Assembly (NCBI GenBank): GCA_051313645.2
Contig: JBNRSN020000018.1
Coordinates: 37,882,001-37,946,000 of the forward strand
Reading direction: 5' to 3'
Source of the DNA: Centroscyllium fabricii
Taxonomy: Eukaryota
Length of the DNA: 64,000 nucleotides
Shown here: piece by piece, positions 1-12,570 of the stretch
How the letters are laid out: every line of letters starts with the position of its first letter
Numbering within the stretch: the stretch's first letter is position 1
Notes under the pieces: generated by a model
What the model was told of the DNA's origin: nothing
The model's input: only the letters and a program-made list of their open reading frames with translations
Database searches by the model: none
Made by a program: the position numbers and the translations under genes

Positions 1-860
1 AGTGTTCAATTCCATTCGCAACTCCTCAGATGATGAAGCAGTCCATGCCCGCCTGCAACAAGACCCGGATGACATTCAGGCTTATGCTGATAAGTGCCAG
101 GTAACATTCGCACCACACAAGTGCCAGACAATGACTATCTCCAACAAGCGAGAGTAATCACCTCCCCTTGACATTCAACGGCACTACCATCACTGAATCC
201 CCCACCATCAACATCCTGATGAGGTTACCATTGACTAGAAACTTAATTGGACCATCCACACGAATACTGTTACTGCAAGAGCAGATCAGAGGCTGGGTAT
301 TCTGCGGTGAGTGTCTCGCCTCCTGACTCCCCAAAGCCTTTCCACCATCTCCAAGGCACATGTAAGGAATGTGATGGAATACTCTCCACTTGCCTGGATG
401 AGTGCAGCTCCAACAACACTCAAGAAGCTCAACACCATCCAGGACAAAGCAACCCACTTGATTGGCACCACATTAAACATTCACTCCCACCACCACCGGC
501 ACACCATGGTTGCAATGTGTACCATCTACAAGACGCACTGCAGCAACTCGCCAAAGCTTGTTCGGCAGCACCTCCCAAACCCACGACCTGTACCAGCTAG
601 AAGGACAAGGGCAGCAGGCGCATGGGAACACCACCACCTCCAAGTTCCCCTCACAGTCATACACCATCCTGACTTGGAAATATATCGCCGTTCCTTCATA
701 GTCGCTGGGTCAAAACCCTGGAACTCCCTCCCTAACAGCACTGTGGGAGTACCTTCACCACAAGGACTGTAGCAGTTCAAGAAGGTGGTTCACCGTGACA
801 TTTTCGAGGGCATTTAGGGATGGGCAATCAATGATCCCATAAACTAATAAAATAAATAAA
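1..860 (+). mobile_element. CR1-group LINE, 3' portion (RT C-terminal region and tail), decayed
   Basis: ORF 311-772 (LSTISKAHVRNVMEYSPLAWMSAAPTTLKKLNTIQDKA) is a typical post-RT region of CR1-group ORF2. It ends in GGGATGGGCAA and an A-rich tail. The same family occurs at 17505-21318 (-) and 45305-48317 (+). Confidence 0.85.
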
Positions 861-1316
861 CCTCACTTGTGTCGAGCTCTAGTCTGCATGTCTAATTGAC
901 CACTGGGTCCTGGGACTGCTTCAGCTTCTTACACCCTTCAATCCCTCAATCCAAAAACTGCTGTCCCTCTTTGTTGTGTCGGATTGTTCCCATCCCCTTA
1001 AGTTCTGAGATTTTGAGCGTGAGCAATGTGAGGTGGTGATACTTCGCGCAGTCATGTTTGCCCGAGTCAGCACCTGGTGTGTTAAACTCCCACATCTTCC
1101 AGCAATGACGCATCACTGTTCCTTCCTGTGTTGCCATTTATTGAGTGTTGTTGGATTATAAAATTAGCAAGGCTCTGTATTTATAAAGTGATTATTATGA
1201 ATTATGCACGAATGTTTCAGCAAATAGCCCTGTTAATTGTGCTTTAAAAACCAGAAAATCTAAAAGTGTTCACACTCAGATGTGCAGTAATTGAAATTAT
1301 CTCTAACATTATAATG

Positions 1317-1889
1317 CAGGGTGACCATCTGTCCCTGTTTTCTGGGGACAGTCCTCTGATGAGGTACTGTCTCTCTGGGCAAAAAATGTCCCCAGTTCAC
1401 AAAAGTCTTCCCCAAAGTGTACCCCTGGGCAGTGAGTGTCCCCCGTACCCTGAGCTGCCAGTTTGCGGCTCTAAGGCTAAATTAAACAAGAACTTGTACA
1501 ATGGCCAGAGAGACTCACTGCGCAAGAGCGACTGGGCGGTCTTTCTGTGCCCGTGCCGGTTGCTGTATTTTTGAGTTTCCGGCCAGGCTCTTGCTGCTGG
1601 AACCTGGGAGCACGGCAACCGGAACAGATGCGAGAGAGGCCATGGTGGAGGGCCCGGTCACAGTCACCAGGGGGGGAAGGGGTCTGGCTAATCCTCGATA
1701 CCGGGGTCGGCGGGGGAGCGGGTCAGATGTGAGCTCCGTCACAGGGAGGGTGTGATCCCTGTCGCCAGGTGTGTCAGGTGCAAACTCGGTCACTGGGTGG
1801 GGAGAAAGAGTCTGTTGTCTGCGCTTCAATAATGTGGCGTCACATCTGCGGTAATTACACGCACGTTTGTTTTGCATTCGTAGTGCATT

Positions 1890-1920
<31 letters not shown>

Positions 1921-2027
1921 GCTCTAGCCTCGCTACGCTGTGCAACCTACATTTTCCGTCCTGGCGTCTTTGCTGTGCTTCCACCCTGTGTTGTCCCGGA
2001 TTCGGTTTAGAAAATGTGGTCACCCTA
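1317..2027. mobile_element. Non-autonomous hAT (Blackjack-like) element
   Basis: TIRs CAGGGTGACCA...TGGTCACCCTA. The 8-bp flanks TTATAATG (1309-1316) and TTATAGCG (2028-2035) match 6/8, consistent with a decayed hAT TSD. No transposase ORF. Confidence 0.8.
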
Positions 2028-3433
2028 TTATAGCGCCTTTTCATGGAATGAAACTGCAGGCTTTGCACTTGCCTAAGAATGTATAACTTGGAATGAATGG
2101 CAAATTAAAAACCTTTATAGGTAACAGAACATTGCCCATGGGTTGCACTAGTTGGAGTTTCTGTGTTCCTTTTGGGGCCGGTGTGTGTCTGCCTCCTGCA
2201 ATAGATTTCAGCATTAAGTTGGGACCAACGTTGCATCAAGCTCCTGATGTGATTGGCTGTGCTGCTGCATATAAGAAAGTACATACACTGTACACAGTAA
2301 CACCACCAACAGTATTTTTGAAATGAGGATTTGTGTTTTAAAACCAGTTTATCCTTGGATGCTGATTTGGATTGGGAAAGTCGTTCCAGTTGCATTTCAT
2401 TCTGCAACACCAGTTGCCTTCCATTTCTGAAAGCAGGTCAAGTGGAGGTGTTGTCAATTGTAGGAAACTGTCTTCAGTTTCCACATAATCCTGAATGTTG
2501 AAAAGGGACAAATCTGTGCAATTACTGCAGGGTTTTGGTGCTCCTTGTTCCCATGCTGTCTGCTTTAAATTGTGGTGCTCAGGTAGCTTTTGCCAATAGA
2601 TGCCCTTGTGAAAAAATTTCTTTGTGATGGTGTCCTGTGCAGTTCCGGTGACCGACATGGAGAGTGCCACCCATAGCGTCGGGCCTCTTGATGAATTCTG
2701 TAAGAAGGCTGCTGCACAAAATGCCCCGAATGTTAGTTGCACGGGGCCCTCCAGTGCCTCATCGAGTTCAGGCCGTCAGCCGCGGGGCTAAACAGACCAA
2801 GGGTGTCCCAGGGGTGTGCTGGGTTCGCTCAGCTTAGCTGCGATGGTGGCAGATGTTGCAGTTGGCCTTAACATCCCTGAGTTAGACAGGGTCCCATTCT
2901 TGATTCCAATTCAAAGACCCCACAGAATATGCAAGGATGCTGGGAAAGAAAATTATGGGTCTCTGCTGTGATGCACCCCTGTCCAAGCTCCGACATTGCC
3001 ATTTAGATTGAAGGTTTTCTTAAATTTATGTGGCAAGCTCATCTATTTATCTGCGGGCTCGAGCTGTATAATCTGATCAAGGACTGGTTTGCCAGTGCAC
3101 TGCAGATTCCTGCCCTAAACAGCTCCCTCGCATGTCATTTGCAGATTAATTACAGTCTCTATCAGTACATTTTATACTAAAAAAAAGTGGCTTTATTAAG
3201 AAAGCTAATTATACCACGACGAGCATTGTTTTAAGATGTAAATGTGCTCCTTCTATACTTAAAGGAGGTGGAGCTCAATAATAGAAATTTGTTTTCTCTT
3301 GTTTACTTGACAGTTTCATCTGAAGAAAGGCCATCAGAGGCCTCAATTTTTTTTAAAGAACAAAAAAATACTTGCTTTTATATAGTGCCTTTCTCAATCT
3401 CGGTACGCAGCGTTTTACAGCTTATGAAGTACT

Positions 3434-3915
3434 CAATTCAATTCAATTCAAGTTTTATTGTCATTGCAGAGTACTAGTACAATACAACGAGACGAAGACT
3501 CGACGCTCCCGAGAGTAGTGCAAATAAAATTACATGCAAATTGCATACAGTAAAGTACATTATCAGGCGTGCAGGTACCGGAGTTTATTTTTTAGAGTTC
3601 AGGAGGCTGACAGCCCTGGGGAAGAAGCTGCACTGAAATCTAGTCGTGCGGGTGCGAATTGCTCTGTAGCATCTCCCGGAGGGCAGGGGGGCGAACAGAC
3701 TGTGGCTGGGGTGTGTGGGGTCTTTAATAATGTTCAGAGACCTCCGTAAGCAGCGTTTCAGGTAGATGCTTTCCATTGACGGTAGCTGGGTACCGGTGAT
3801 TCGTTGGGCAGTTTTGACTACCCACTGCAGGGTTTTCCGGTCCGAGATAGTGCAATTTCCATACCAGACTGTGATGCAGCTTGTCAGTATGCTTTTGCAG
3901 CGGTAGACTACACAA
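3434..3915 (-). mobile_element. Rex1/Babar-type LINE, 3' fragment
   Basis: ORF 3585-3980 contains SILTSCITVWYGNCTISDRKTLQWVVKTAQRITG...IIKDPTHPSHSLFAPLPSGR...SFFPRAV. The tail is a (TGAAT)n microsatellite on the minus strand at 3434-3450. Confidence 0.85.
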
Positions 3916-4034
3916 TAGAAAGCATACTTGAACTGAGTACTTGAAGCGTAGTCACTGTTGTAATGTAAGAAACACGGCAAATAATTTAAAAAATACAGCT
4001 GTTGGTGGTGTTGGCCTGTATACGTATATCCTTG

Positions 4035-4250
4035 AAGTCACACAACACCAGGTTATAGTCCAACAGTTTTATTTGACATCACAAGCTTTCGGAGCGTAGC
4101 TCCTTCCTCAGGTGTTTGAGAGATAAACACCTGAGGAAGGAGCTACGCTCCGAAAGCTTGTGATGTCAAATAAAACTGTTGGACTACAACCCGGTGTTGT
4201 GTGACCTCTTGCATTTGTCCACCCCAGTCCCACACCGGCACCTCCACATC
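4035..4250. mobile_element. Penelope-like element terminal fragment forming a fold-back (inverted pLTR end)
   Basis: Arms ~4035-4117 and 4125-4208 are near-perfect reverse complements around a 7-nt loop. The direct repeat ACGTATATCCTTG flanks it (4022-4034, 4251-4263). Confidence 0.8.
4128..4162 (+). ncRNA. Minimal type I hammerhead ribozyme motif (mirror copy on - strand at 4080-4114)
   Basis: CAC-CUGAGGA-A-GGAGC(UAC)GCUCC-GAAA-GCU-U-GUG: conserved CUGANGA/GAAA core, 5-bp stem II, palindromic AGCU stem III, short stem I. Confidence 0.7.
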
Positions 4251-4956
4251 ACGTATATCCTTGTATGTGATCGGCCCCATTCAGTGGTGTTGGTTGAGGG
4301 GTAATAATAGACTGGCCAGGACACCAGGGCAGAGCACCCCTGCTCCTCTTTGAACAGTGCCACGGGATCTTTCACGCCCACCTGAGGGGACAGACGGAAC
4401 CTCGCTTTGACATCTCGTCTGAGAGGTGGCGCCTCTGACAGTGCAGCAGGCCCTCAGTCATGAACTGGAGTGTCAGCCCAAATCTTGTGCTCAAGTCTCT
4501 GGAGTAGGAACTGAACCCACACCTCACTGACTCAGAGGCGAGAGTGCGACCACCGAGTCACGGCTGACACAGTGATGATGTAACGTATTTTGCAATATTC
4601 ATTCCTCCTCAACTATTAAATTATTAGAGGTTTCTCAGCCATTTGATGTTCCTTTTGGTAAAATGTTTGCTTATTCATGCTTGGTATTCTAGCTAAGTTA
4701 CATCAGTGTGAGACGCATTTTTTTTTGTTGCTAATATTCTTTCCTCCCCGAAAGCACTGATTTCCTGGGGTACAGTTCCGTAAGTGCCAGCGGCCCTCTT
4801 GCCACCTTGGCAGCTGAGAGTCTTGACTGAGTGCCTCCTGGGAACGTTGCAGAAAATCCTATTCTTACCTGACATCCGCATGGCACTTGCAGCAAGGGTG
4901 ACTGGTTAGTGATCGAGACCGAGAACCCTGATGATTCCTTTTGGTCTTAACCAACA

Positions 4957-5357
4957 GACACGGTGGCATAGTGGTTAGCATTGTTGTCTCACAGCACTGG
5001 AGACCCGGGTTCAAATCCAGCCTCTGGTACTATCTGTGTGGAGTTTGCACATTCTCCCCGTGTCTGTGTGGGTTTCCTCCGGGTGCTCCGGTTTCCTCCC
5101 ACAGTCCAAAGATGTGCGGGTTAGGTTGATTGGCCATGATAAATTGACCCTTAGTGTAAGGGGGATTGAATGTGTGGGGTTACGGGGATAGTGTGGGATA
5201 GGTGTCGGTGCAGGCTCGATAGGGATGGAGGGATATTGGGACAAGGCAGGGACAGGGTGCTGGGTTTGGATGATCAGCCATGATCTCATTGAATGGCGGA
5301 GCAGGCTCGAAGAGCCGAATGGCCTACTCCTGCTCCTAGTTTCTATGTTTCTATGTT
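4957..5357 (+). mobile_element. HE1-type V-SINE, full length, with HER1/CR1-derived tail
   Basis: tRNA head (GGTGGCATAGTGGTTAGC...GGTTCAAATCC), V-domain (TGTGTGGAGTTTGCACATTCTCCCCGTG...CAGTCCAAAGATGTG) and 3' tail GAATGGCCTACTCCTGCTCCTA(TTCTATGT)n. Confidence 0.88.
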
Positions 5358-6520
5358 TACCCTATTGGACCATCTTGCTGTATGGCTCAGCTGCTTGCAA
5401 TGAAATTGCTGAGCTATTGGGAAGCCCAGCTCATAACGCTTGGGGTGGTGGACGCAGGGGCAGAGCAGCAATTGTGGGGGTGGGTGATGCAGTGGGTTGC
5501 CATACCGTCCTTTCAATTATGGAACTAAATCTCGGCCAAACCAGTGAAATCAATATTTTTCAATTGATTTTAAGGTTCTTGTGTGGTAGGTTTTAGACTA
5601 TTTTGCCCAAGTTCTAACTTGACAGCTCAAAATGGTTTTGATTTCGAAACACTGGGAACATAAGGATGACTGGTACTAAAATAAAATGGCACCCTGGTGC
5701 CAATGGAATGCTCTTTTGAGGTTGTGATTCACGGCTGTTGCTAGGGTAGAGTGGAGGAAGCTTTATCCTGCTTTTTTTTTGCTCCTGATATTCCTGCCAG
5801 CTCCCGCTCGATGCTGAGAATACAGCTGTAATTTCAGTACGACAGCACAAAATGGGGTGGTGGTAGGGGAGATAAAAGAGAATGACCTTCCCACAGGAAC
5901 TGAAACTCCTGAATTATATTATTTACCATAGTTTTGACAGGCTTTACAGAAGCCCACAAAATAAATGAGCATAGTTTGCTCTGTCTCAGGAATTCTTTCT
6001 CAGCAGTTTTCTATCAGTTTAATTTTAGCAATGAGGATAGGCATGACAAAGTGCTCAGAAGGATGCAGTGTTTCAAGTCCTCCAATAATCGTGGGAATGT
6101 AATTGGACAGGACTTAATAATGTTGACTCTAAAAGCTGGTTTTGGAACCCTGGAATTGGGGATACGTTGTTTCCGCTACCTGCAAATTTTACCTGTGGCT
6201 GTTGCTTCCCGTTTGGAGATTAGAAAAATTTGGAGCGAATCAGGCCTTTTTGGGAGGTGCCGGTATGATGGACTGAATGATTAGTTCCTGTTCCCCTACT
6301 TCTGTTTACTCACAGATTTTTCTGTGTAATTAATCTTATGAAAATCTTGGCTTTACCATTGCGGTTTAGTTCTCCCTCAAACTTAGTTTTCTTCCACCCA
6401 GAAATATTACAAGTTTGATGAGCCTAGCATTTTCCCACCTTGGATTTTATACACGAGAGCTCACTTCAATATTGGCTGCTTTGTATACTTGACAAAGGGA
6501 CTTCCATTTGAGGAAAAAAC

Positions 6521-6716
6521 TGTAATGTTATTTAAAGATCAGATGGGAGGCCAACACTAAGTTTCAATGGAGCTTCTTTAATCAGGTCTTATACACTGTC
6601 ACTCCAAACCTCTACTGAAGCATGGCTAAGATGGCGTCGGCTCCCGCCACTCGGGCGTGACGTCAGACGTAAGTCAAGCCTGTGCTGTCTTTACGCCAGT
6701 CACAGTTATCCTTACA
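6521..6716 (-). repeat. 3' LTR of Gypsy element (PPT AAGGGGGGAGA on - strand at 6717-6727)
   Basis: TGTAA...TTACA. It differs from the other LTR by 9 substitutions and one 10-bp indel by manual alignment, and contains TGACGTCA and AAGATGGCG motifs. Confidence 0.93.
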
Positions 6717-8495
6717 TCTCCCCCCTTCAGGGAGTACATTGTACATAACACTTAATTGCAATAACTCAATGAACACAACATATTTACAATAATATACTGT
6801 GACTTTCCATAGGAGCCCTTTTCTGGTACCCCTATAACTATTTACAGTTCCTGTTTTTTATTACAAGTCCATTCTAATCACAAGTCCATTCTAATCACCG
6901 GCCTTCTGGTCCTTTGTGACCTTCTTAGTGGGACCGGGGTATTTCCCATTCTGTCTCTTGTGTCCATCTCTGGACCACTTGGGTCCCTTGTTTCGTGATC
7001 TGTCTGTGAGGCTTCCCTCATCTCTTCCTCTTCTCCCCCTTCTTGAGGGCAAAATGTCTCATTTGTTTTCAGAAGGTGCCTCCTGTTCCTGCAGTACACC
7101 TTTCCTGCCTCAGTTATAACATTGTAGGATCTGGGAGCAACCTGCTGCAAGACTGTGGCCGCCTTTGACCATGACTCTGGTCCTTGAATCCGAACCATAT
7201 CCCTTTCCTGTAATGGTGCTAGTCTTGTAGCAGTCCTGTCATGGTACACCTTTTGATTTAATTGCAGCCTTCTGGCCTTGTCCGCCCACCCATCATTTCT
7301 TTGGTCTGGTGCAGCATAGCAAGGTTTTCTTGTTCTTATTTTCCTGCCCATTAAAAGCTGAGCTGGCGACTTGCCACTTGCCAATGGTGCTGCCCTGTAT
7401 GACATTATTGCCAGATATGGATCTGCATTACTGCTTTCTGCTTTTTTCAGTAGTTTTTTGACTATTTCCACCCCCTTTTTCAGCCTTTCCATTCGCCTGG
7501 GGATAGTGTGGGCTAGAAGTTATATGTTTGAATTCATATTCGGAGGCAAATGCCCGGAACTCCTGGCAGGCATATGGGGGCCCATTGTCTGATACCAGGG
7601 TCAAAGGGATGCCCTGTCTGGAAAAAATCGATTTCAAATGTGTGATCACACCTCTTGATGTGCTGCTAGACAACAGGGCTATCTCTGGGTAATTTGAATA
7701 GTAATCGATGATTAACAAATAGTCCTTTCCCCCAAAATGGAACATATCTGTTCCCACCTTTTCCCAAGGGTGGTTTGGAATTTCTGTGGTGATGAGGGGC
7801 TCCTTAGTCTGTTTGTATTGATATTCCTGGCACGTGGCACACTCACTTATTAATTGATCATATTCGGCCAATACAGTGCCTCTCGTGCCCGCCTTTTGGA
7901 TTTTTCTGCCCCCCGGTGCCCTTTGTGTATCCTTCCCAGCATCTCTGGTCTCATGGAGGTGGGCACCACTATTCTGTCCCCCTTGAGTAGGATTCCGTTT
8001 ACTACGGATGGTTCCCCTTGTATCTGATAGTATTGCTTGCAGGACCCTCTTTTCCAGCCCTCCTGCAGGTTTTTCATTACTTTTTTTAGTACTGGATCCT
8101 TTGCTGTTTCATTTGTTATCACTGCCAACTGTTGTGGTGAAGCTGGCAGTGCTGTGTAGACCATGTCTACGTGGAGATTCACGTCCACTTCTGTGTCACT
8201 ATTTTGCATGGCACATGGTGCAGCTCTCGACAGTGCATTTGTGTCCCTGGCACATATGTCCGATCAAAATCATAACGCTGAAGTCTCATCATCAAGCGTT
8301 GTATTCTTGGCGACATGTCGCATACATTTTTCTTTATAATTCCTAACAGTGGCTTATGGTCTGTTTCCAGTATAAATTTCGGTAGTCCATAGACATATGT
8401 GTGGAATTTTTCACACCCAAATGCCAAACCCAGACATTCTTTTTCAATCTGTGCATACCTGCACTCTGTTGCCGTTATAGAACGTGACGCATATG

Positions 8496-8780
8496 TGGAT
8501 TCGGGGGAGCCGGCATGGTGTCGGGCAGAAAGGAGTCAAGTGAAGAGTAACTATGAAGAAACAGCGGCAGAGCGCGTTAACGGAGCGGTAGAGGACAATT
8601 AACACCGAACTGAGTAGCCAGAGCAGGAACGGGACCCATGATGATGGCGCCGGAGAATGGCTGACGTCTTGCGGGCTCATGCTTGCCGGGCAGCTTAATG
8701 TCCTTGTTGCACGTTGCGTTCGGGTAGCAGTGAGCATTTCACTGTCTAAATTGTATTTAGTACATGTGACAATAAACTTG
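8496..8780 (+). mobile_element. Short GC-rich non-LTR insertion with Rex1/L2-like tail, inside Gypsy RNase H
   Basis: It interrupts pol between GEWRPV and AYASR and ends CATTTCACTGT...TACATGTGACAATAAACTTG. Confidence 0.6.
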
Positions 8781-8798
8781 AACCGGCCTCCATTCTCC

Positions 8799-9032
8799 GT
8801 GCGGGTTAGGTTGATTGGCTATGCTAAATTGACCCTTAGTGTTAGGGGGATTGAATGGGTGGGGTTACGGGGATAGGGTGGGATATGTGTCGATGCAGGC
8901 TCGATAGGGATCGAGGGATATGGGGAGAGGGCAGGGGCGGGGTGCTGGGTTTGGATGATCAGCCATGATCTCATTGAATGGCGGAGCAGGCTAGAAGGGC
9001 CGAATGGCCTACTCCTGCTCCTAGTTTCTATG
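8799..9032 (+). mobile_element. 5'-truncated HE1-type SINE inside Gypsy pol
   Basis: Matches the 3' half of 4957-5357. It interrupts pol between LLQED and GEW. Confidence 0.85.
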
Positions 9033-11020
9033 TCTTCTTGCAGTAGGACCGCCCCGAGCCCATTCTTGGATGCATCGGTCGACACTTTGATCCTTTTTTT
9101 TGGACAAAGGAATTTTAATAGGGGTTCACTTGCTAAGATCTGTAATAGCCCCTTCCATTCCTGCTCATGTTCGTGTCCCCATTGGAACTCTGTTTCTTGA
9201 TGCAGCAGCTTTCTCAGGTGCTCAGTTTTTGTGGCTAGATTCGGGATAAATTTCCCTCGATAGTTCACCATACCAAGGGCCTTCTGCACCCCTTTTTTGT
9301 CTTCAGGCTTTTCCATGTCCTGAATTGCTTTAATCTTAGTCTTGTCTGGCTGTGCCCCTCCTGTGGAGATCTTGTCTCCCAGGAAAGTTATCTCCTTTAC
9401 TCTAAATTGGCATTTATCTTTATTTAATTTAAGTCCGTATTGCTGTATCCTCTGGAGCGTTTTTTCCAGCCTGCTGTCGTGCTCCTGTGTGGAGCCCCAT
9501 ACCACCAGGTCATCCACATACACCCGCACCCCTTCCAAGCCCTCTAATTGTCTCCATCGCTCTGTGGAATATTTCTGGGACTGAGCTTATGCCAAATGGC
9601 AGACGCTGGTATGAGTATCTACCAAACGGGGTGTTAAATGTACACAGCTTGGCACTTTTCTCATCCAATTTCAGTTGCCAAAATCCATGGGAGGCATCCA
9701 TTTTTGAAAAGAATTTTGCCTGTCATCTCATTCACTTTCTTTTTGGGGGAATTTGATAGTGTTCCCTCTTTATATTGGCGTTAAGGTCCTTGGGGTCCAT
9801 GCATACCATCAATTTATCATTGCTTTTTGAGTTGACACAGACCATTGAATTCACCCAATCTGTTGGCTGCTCCATTTTTTTTAAACAACCAGTCCTTCCA
9901 TGCAATCCGGCTCCTTCCTCAGCTTCTCACGGAGCGCCACTGGCACTCTCCGGGGTGCCTGTATAACTGGTTGTGCATCATCCCTTAATTTAATAGAGTA
10001 TGTGAAGGGCAGTGCTCCAAACCCTTGAAATACACTCTCATATCTCTGCACAATATTGTCTGAATTCATGTCTGAATTTTCTCGCAGGTCATTTCATGTT
10101 TCATTTCCTCCTTTGACTGTGTAAACTCTTTTTACTAGACCTAAATCCACGCAGGCCTTATCTCCTAATAGTGATTTGTGCCCTTCTGGCACTATAACAA
10201 ACGTGAGGAAGTGCCTACGCTGTTTTACTAGCGGCCTCAATCTGCACATTCCTCTTGTCTCGATGCTTTGTCCATTGTAAGCCTTTAAGGACACAGTCCT
10301 GTTTATCATCTTAGGTTTCACTTTGAGTTTTTTTACATCACTGCAATTTATCAAGTTCGCTTTTGCCCCTGTATCCAGCTTAAAGGCGATTATCTTTCCA
10401 TTTACTTGCAGGGGAGCTATCCAGGCCTCCTTGTTCGGCCCTCTGGGCTGTGAGTCTTGCTGCATCATTCCCACATACCGTGATTGAGCTCCCGCTTCTG
10501 CAGTTTCTACTGCGTGCACCGCCTTTTTACTTTCACCTCTTTCCTCCCCAAAACACATTTTTGCAAAGTGATTTCTGCCTTTGCATTTCACGCAGCTCTT
10601 CCCAAACACAGGACACTGCCTGCCCCCATGTTTGTTTCCGCACCGTTTGCACTCAAATGCCGCCATTTTGTTGTACTCACTGGGCTCTCTGAAATCATAC
10701 GCCGCCATTTTGTTGTACTCACTGGGGCCTCTAGGCTCTCTTGAGTCGTGTGACACCATTTCCTTATATTCTGTGGGCCCTCGTGGCTTTCTGTAATCTC
10801 CTCGCTGTATTACATCCACCGGAAGGCTCTGCGGCCCATGACGTTCCCCTCGAACGTTTTTGTTTGCATCGCTGAAAGCTCACGCATATGGCAAAGCTTT
10901 ACTGCAGCATCCAATTTCAACTCACTGTCTCTCAGCATTCTTTCTCTTAATTTCTTATCCAATATTCCAAAGACTATTTGATCCCTTATGATCGATTTTT
11001 TATTTTATTTTGAAAATTGG

Positions 11021-11416
11021 AAACATAGAAACATAGAAGATAGGAGCAGGAGTAGGCCATTCGGCCCTTCAAGCCTGCTCTGCCATTCAATGAGATCATG
11101 GCTGATCATCCAAACCCCGTACCCTGTCCCTGCCTTGTCCTCATATCCCTCGATCCCTGCACCGACACATATCCCACCCTATCCCCGTAACCCCACATAT
11201 TCAATCCCCCTAACACTAAGGGTCAATTTATCATGGCCAATCAACCTAACCCGCACATCTTTGGACTGTGGGAGGAAACCGGAGCACCCGGCGGAAACCC
11301 ACGCAGACACGGGGAGAATGTGCAAACTCCACACAGATAGTACCCGAGGCTGGATTTGAACCCGGGTCTCCAGTGCTGTTAGGCAACAGTGCTAACCACT
11401 ATGCCACCGTGCCACC
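11021..11416 (-). mobile_element. HE1-type V-SINE inside Gypsy gag
   Basis: Reverse complement of the 4957-5357 family, with head, V-domain and tail. Confidence 0.88.
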
Positions 11417-11741
11417 AACATCGAAGGTCTCCCCTTGTTTTTGTGTTCTGGAGTGGAACACAAACCTTTCATAGGTCTCATTCTTTTTTGGTGTGCAAAA
11501 ATCTTCAGATTGTTTTTATAACTTTGTCAAAGTCACTTTTTCCTCCTCGGACTCAAAAGTAAAGGTATTGAACAGCTCGGTTGCCTGCAAGCCCGCAACA
11601 GTTAGTAATAGTGCAACTTTACGTGATCCTGAGCTTGTGGCTGCCTCGATGGCTGTCAGGTATAGGAGAAATCTCTGCTTGAATACTCGCCAATTCTCGT
11701 CAACATTGCCTTCTAGTTGAAGATTGGCTGGGGGTTTAATA

Positions 11742-12516
11742 CAAGTTGAAGTTCGTTAATCTAGCACCTGAAAAACCGGCAACTTCGAACGTCCGACAAT
11801 AATTTCCCTGACTGTTCTGCGCATGCGCCAAATGGCCACTGCGATCGATGCTTCGGCGAATGATCTGCACATGCGCAGATCATTCACAATGGCCGAGCCG
11901 ATCCCGAGCCAAGCCTGGTCGCTGCGAGCCTCCCCGTGCCTGGCCTTTGCGAGCTTTCCCGAGCCTGGCCGCTGCGAGCCTCCCCGAGCCTGGCCGCTGC
12001 GAGCCTCCCCGAGCCTGGCCGCTGCGAGCCTCCTCGAGCCTGGCCGCTGCGAGCCTCCTCGAGCCTGGCCGCTGCGAGCCTCCTCGAGCCTGGCCGCTGC
12101 GAGCCTCCTCGAGCCTGGCCGCTGCGAGCCTCCTCGAGCCTGGCCGCTGCGAGCCTCCTCGAGCCTGGCCGCTGCGAGCCTCCTCGAGCCTGGCCGCTGC
12201 GAGCCTCCTCGAGCCTGGCCGCTGCGAGCCTCCTCGAGCCTGGCCGCTGCGAGCCTCCTCGAGCCTGGCCGCTGCGAGCCTCCTCGAGCCTGGCCGCTGC
12301 GAGCCTCCTCGAGCCTGGCCGCTGCGAGCCTCCCTGAGCCGGGACTCTCCGAACGATCAGCGCATGCGCAGACCACTCAAAATGGCCACCGGCCTTTCTC
12401 GGCAGCCATTTTGAATGGTCTGTGCATGCGCTCGCCGAAACTTCAATCGTTCGGGATTTTCACTTGTCCGGTACAGGCCTGGTCCCGCCCGTGCTGGATT
12501 AACGAACTTCAACCTG
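11742..12516. mobile_element. Tigger/pogo-type MITE inserted at the start of Gypsy gag; carries a 25-bp VNTR
   Basis: TIRs CAAGTTGAAGTTCGTTAATC / GATTAACGAACTTCAACCTG and a TA TSD. The ends match the element at 30508-33705. Confidence 0.9.
11910..12335. repeat. 25-bp minisatellite (GAGCCTGGCCGCTGCGAGCCTCCTC)n, ~17 copies
   Basis: Directly visible tandem array. It explains the repetitive ORFs in 11756-12575. Confidence 0.95.
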
Positions 12517-12570
12517 TACCTTCCATCATTTGTCGTCAATCCATTCGTGAGTTCGTTAATCCTGGTACCA

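Larger units (their letters stand above)
3369..4570 (-). mobile_element. tRNA-derived Deu-domain SINE (SacSINE1/AmnSINE-like), split by two nested insertions
   Basis: Reverse strand shows a tRNA-like head (4500-4570) and a Deu-type core (GAGGGCCTGCTGCACTGTCAGAGGCGCC...GTGAAAGATCCCGTGGCAC). Its L2-type tail lies at 3369-3433 and 3936-3980. Confidence 0.75.
6878..12529 (-). pseudogene. Gypsy gag-pol, frameshifted and interrupted by four insertions
   Basis: gag start MMEGIKPPANLQLEGNVDENWR (rejoined across the MITE), Zn knuckles CKRCGNKH/CVKCKGRNHFAKMC, protease FKLDTGA, RT YVDD, RNase H STDAS/ETDHKPL, integrase IIDYYSNY...SDNGPPY. Confidence 0.92.

Noticed and set aside
2338-2742. 134-aa ORF in unique sequence
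   Set aside because: No recognisable motif, a non-ATG start and no clear splice context.
4957-5030. tRNA genes (also 34825, 40470-40543, 45305, 51080-51170)
   Set aside because: These are tRNA-derived SINE heads that continue into SINE bodies, with no cloverleaf 3' end or terminator.
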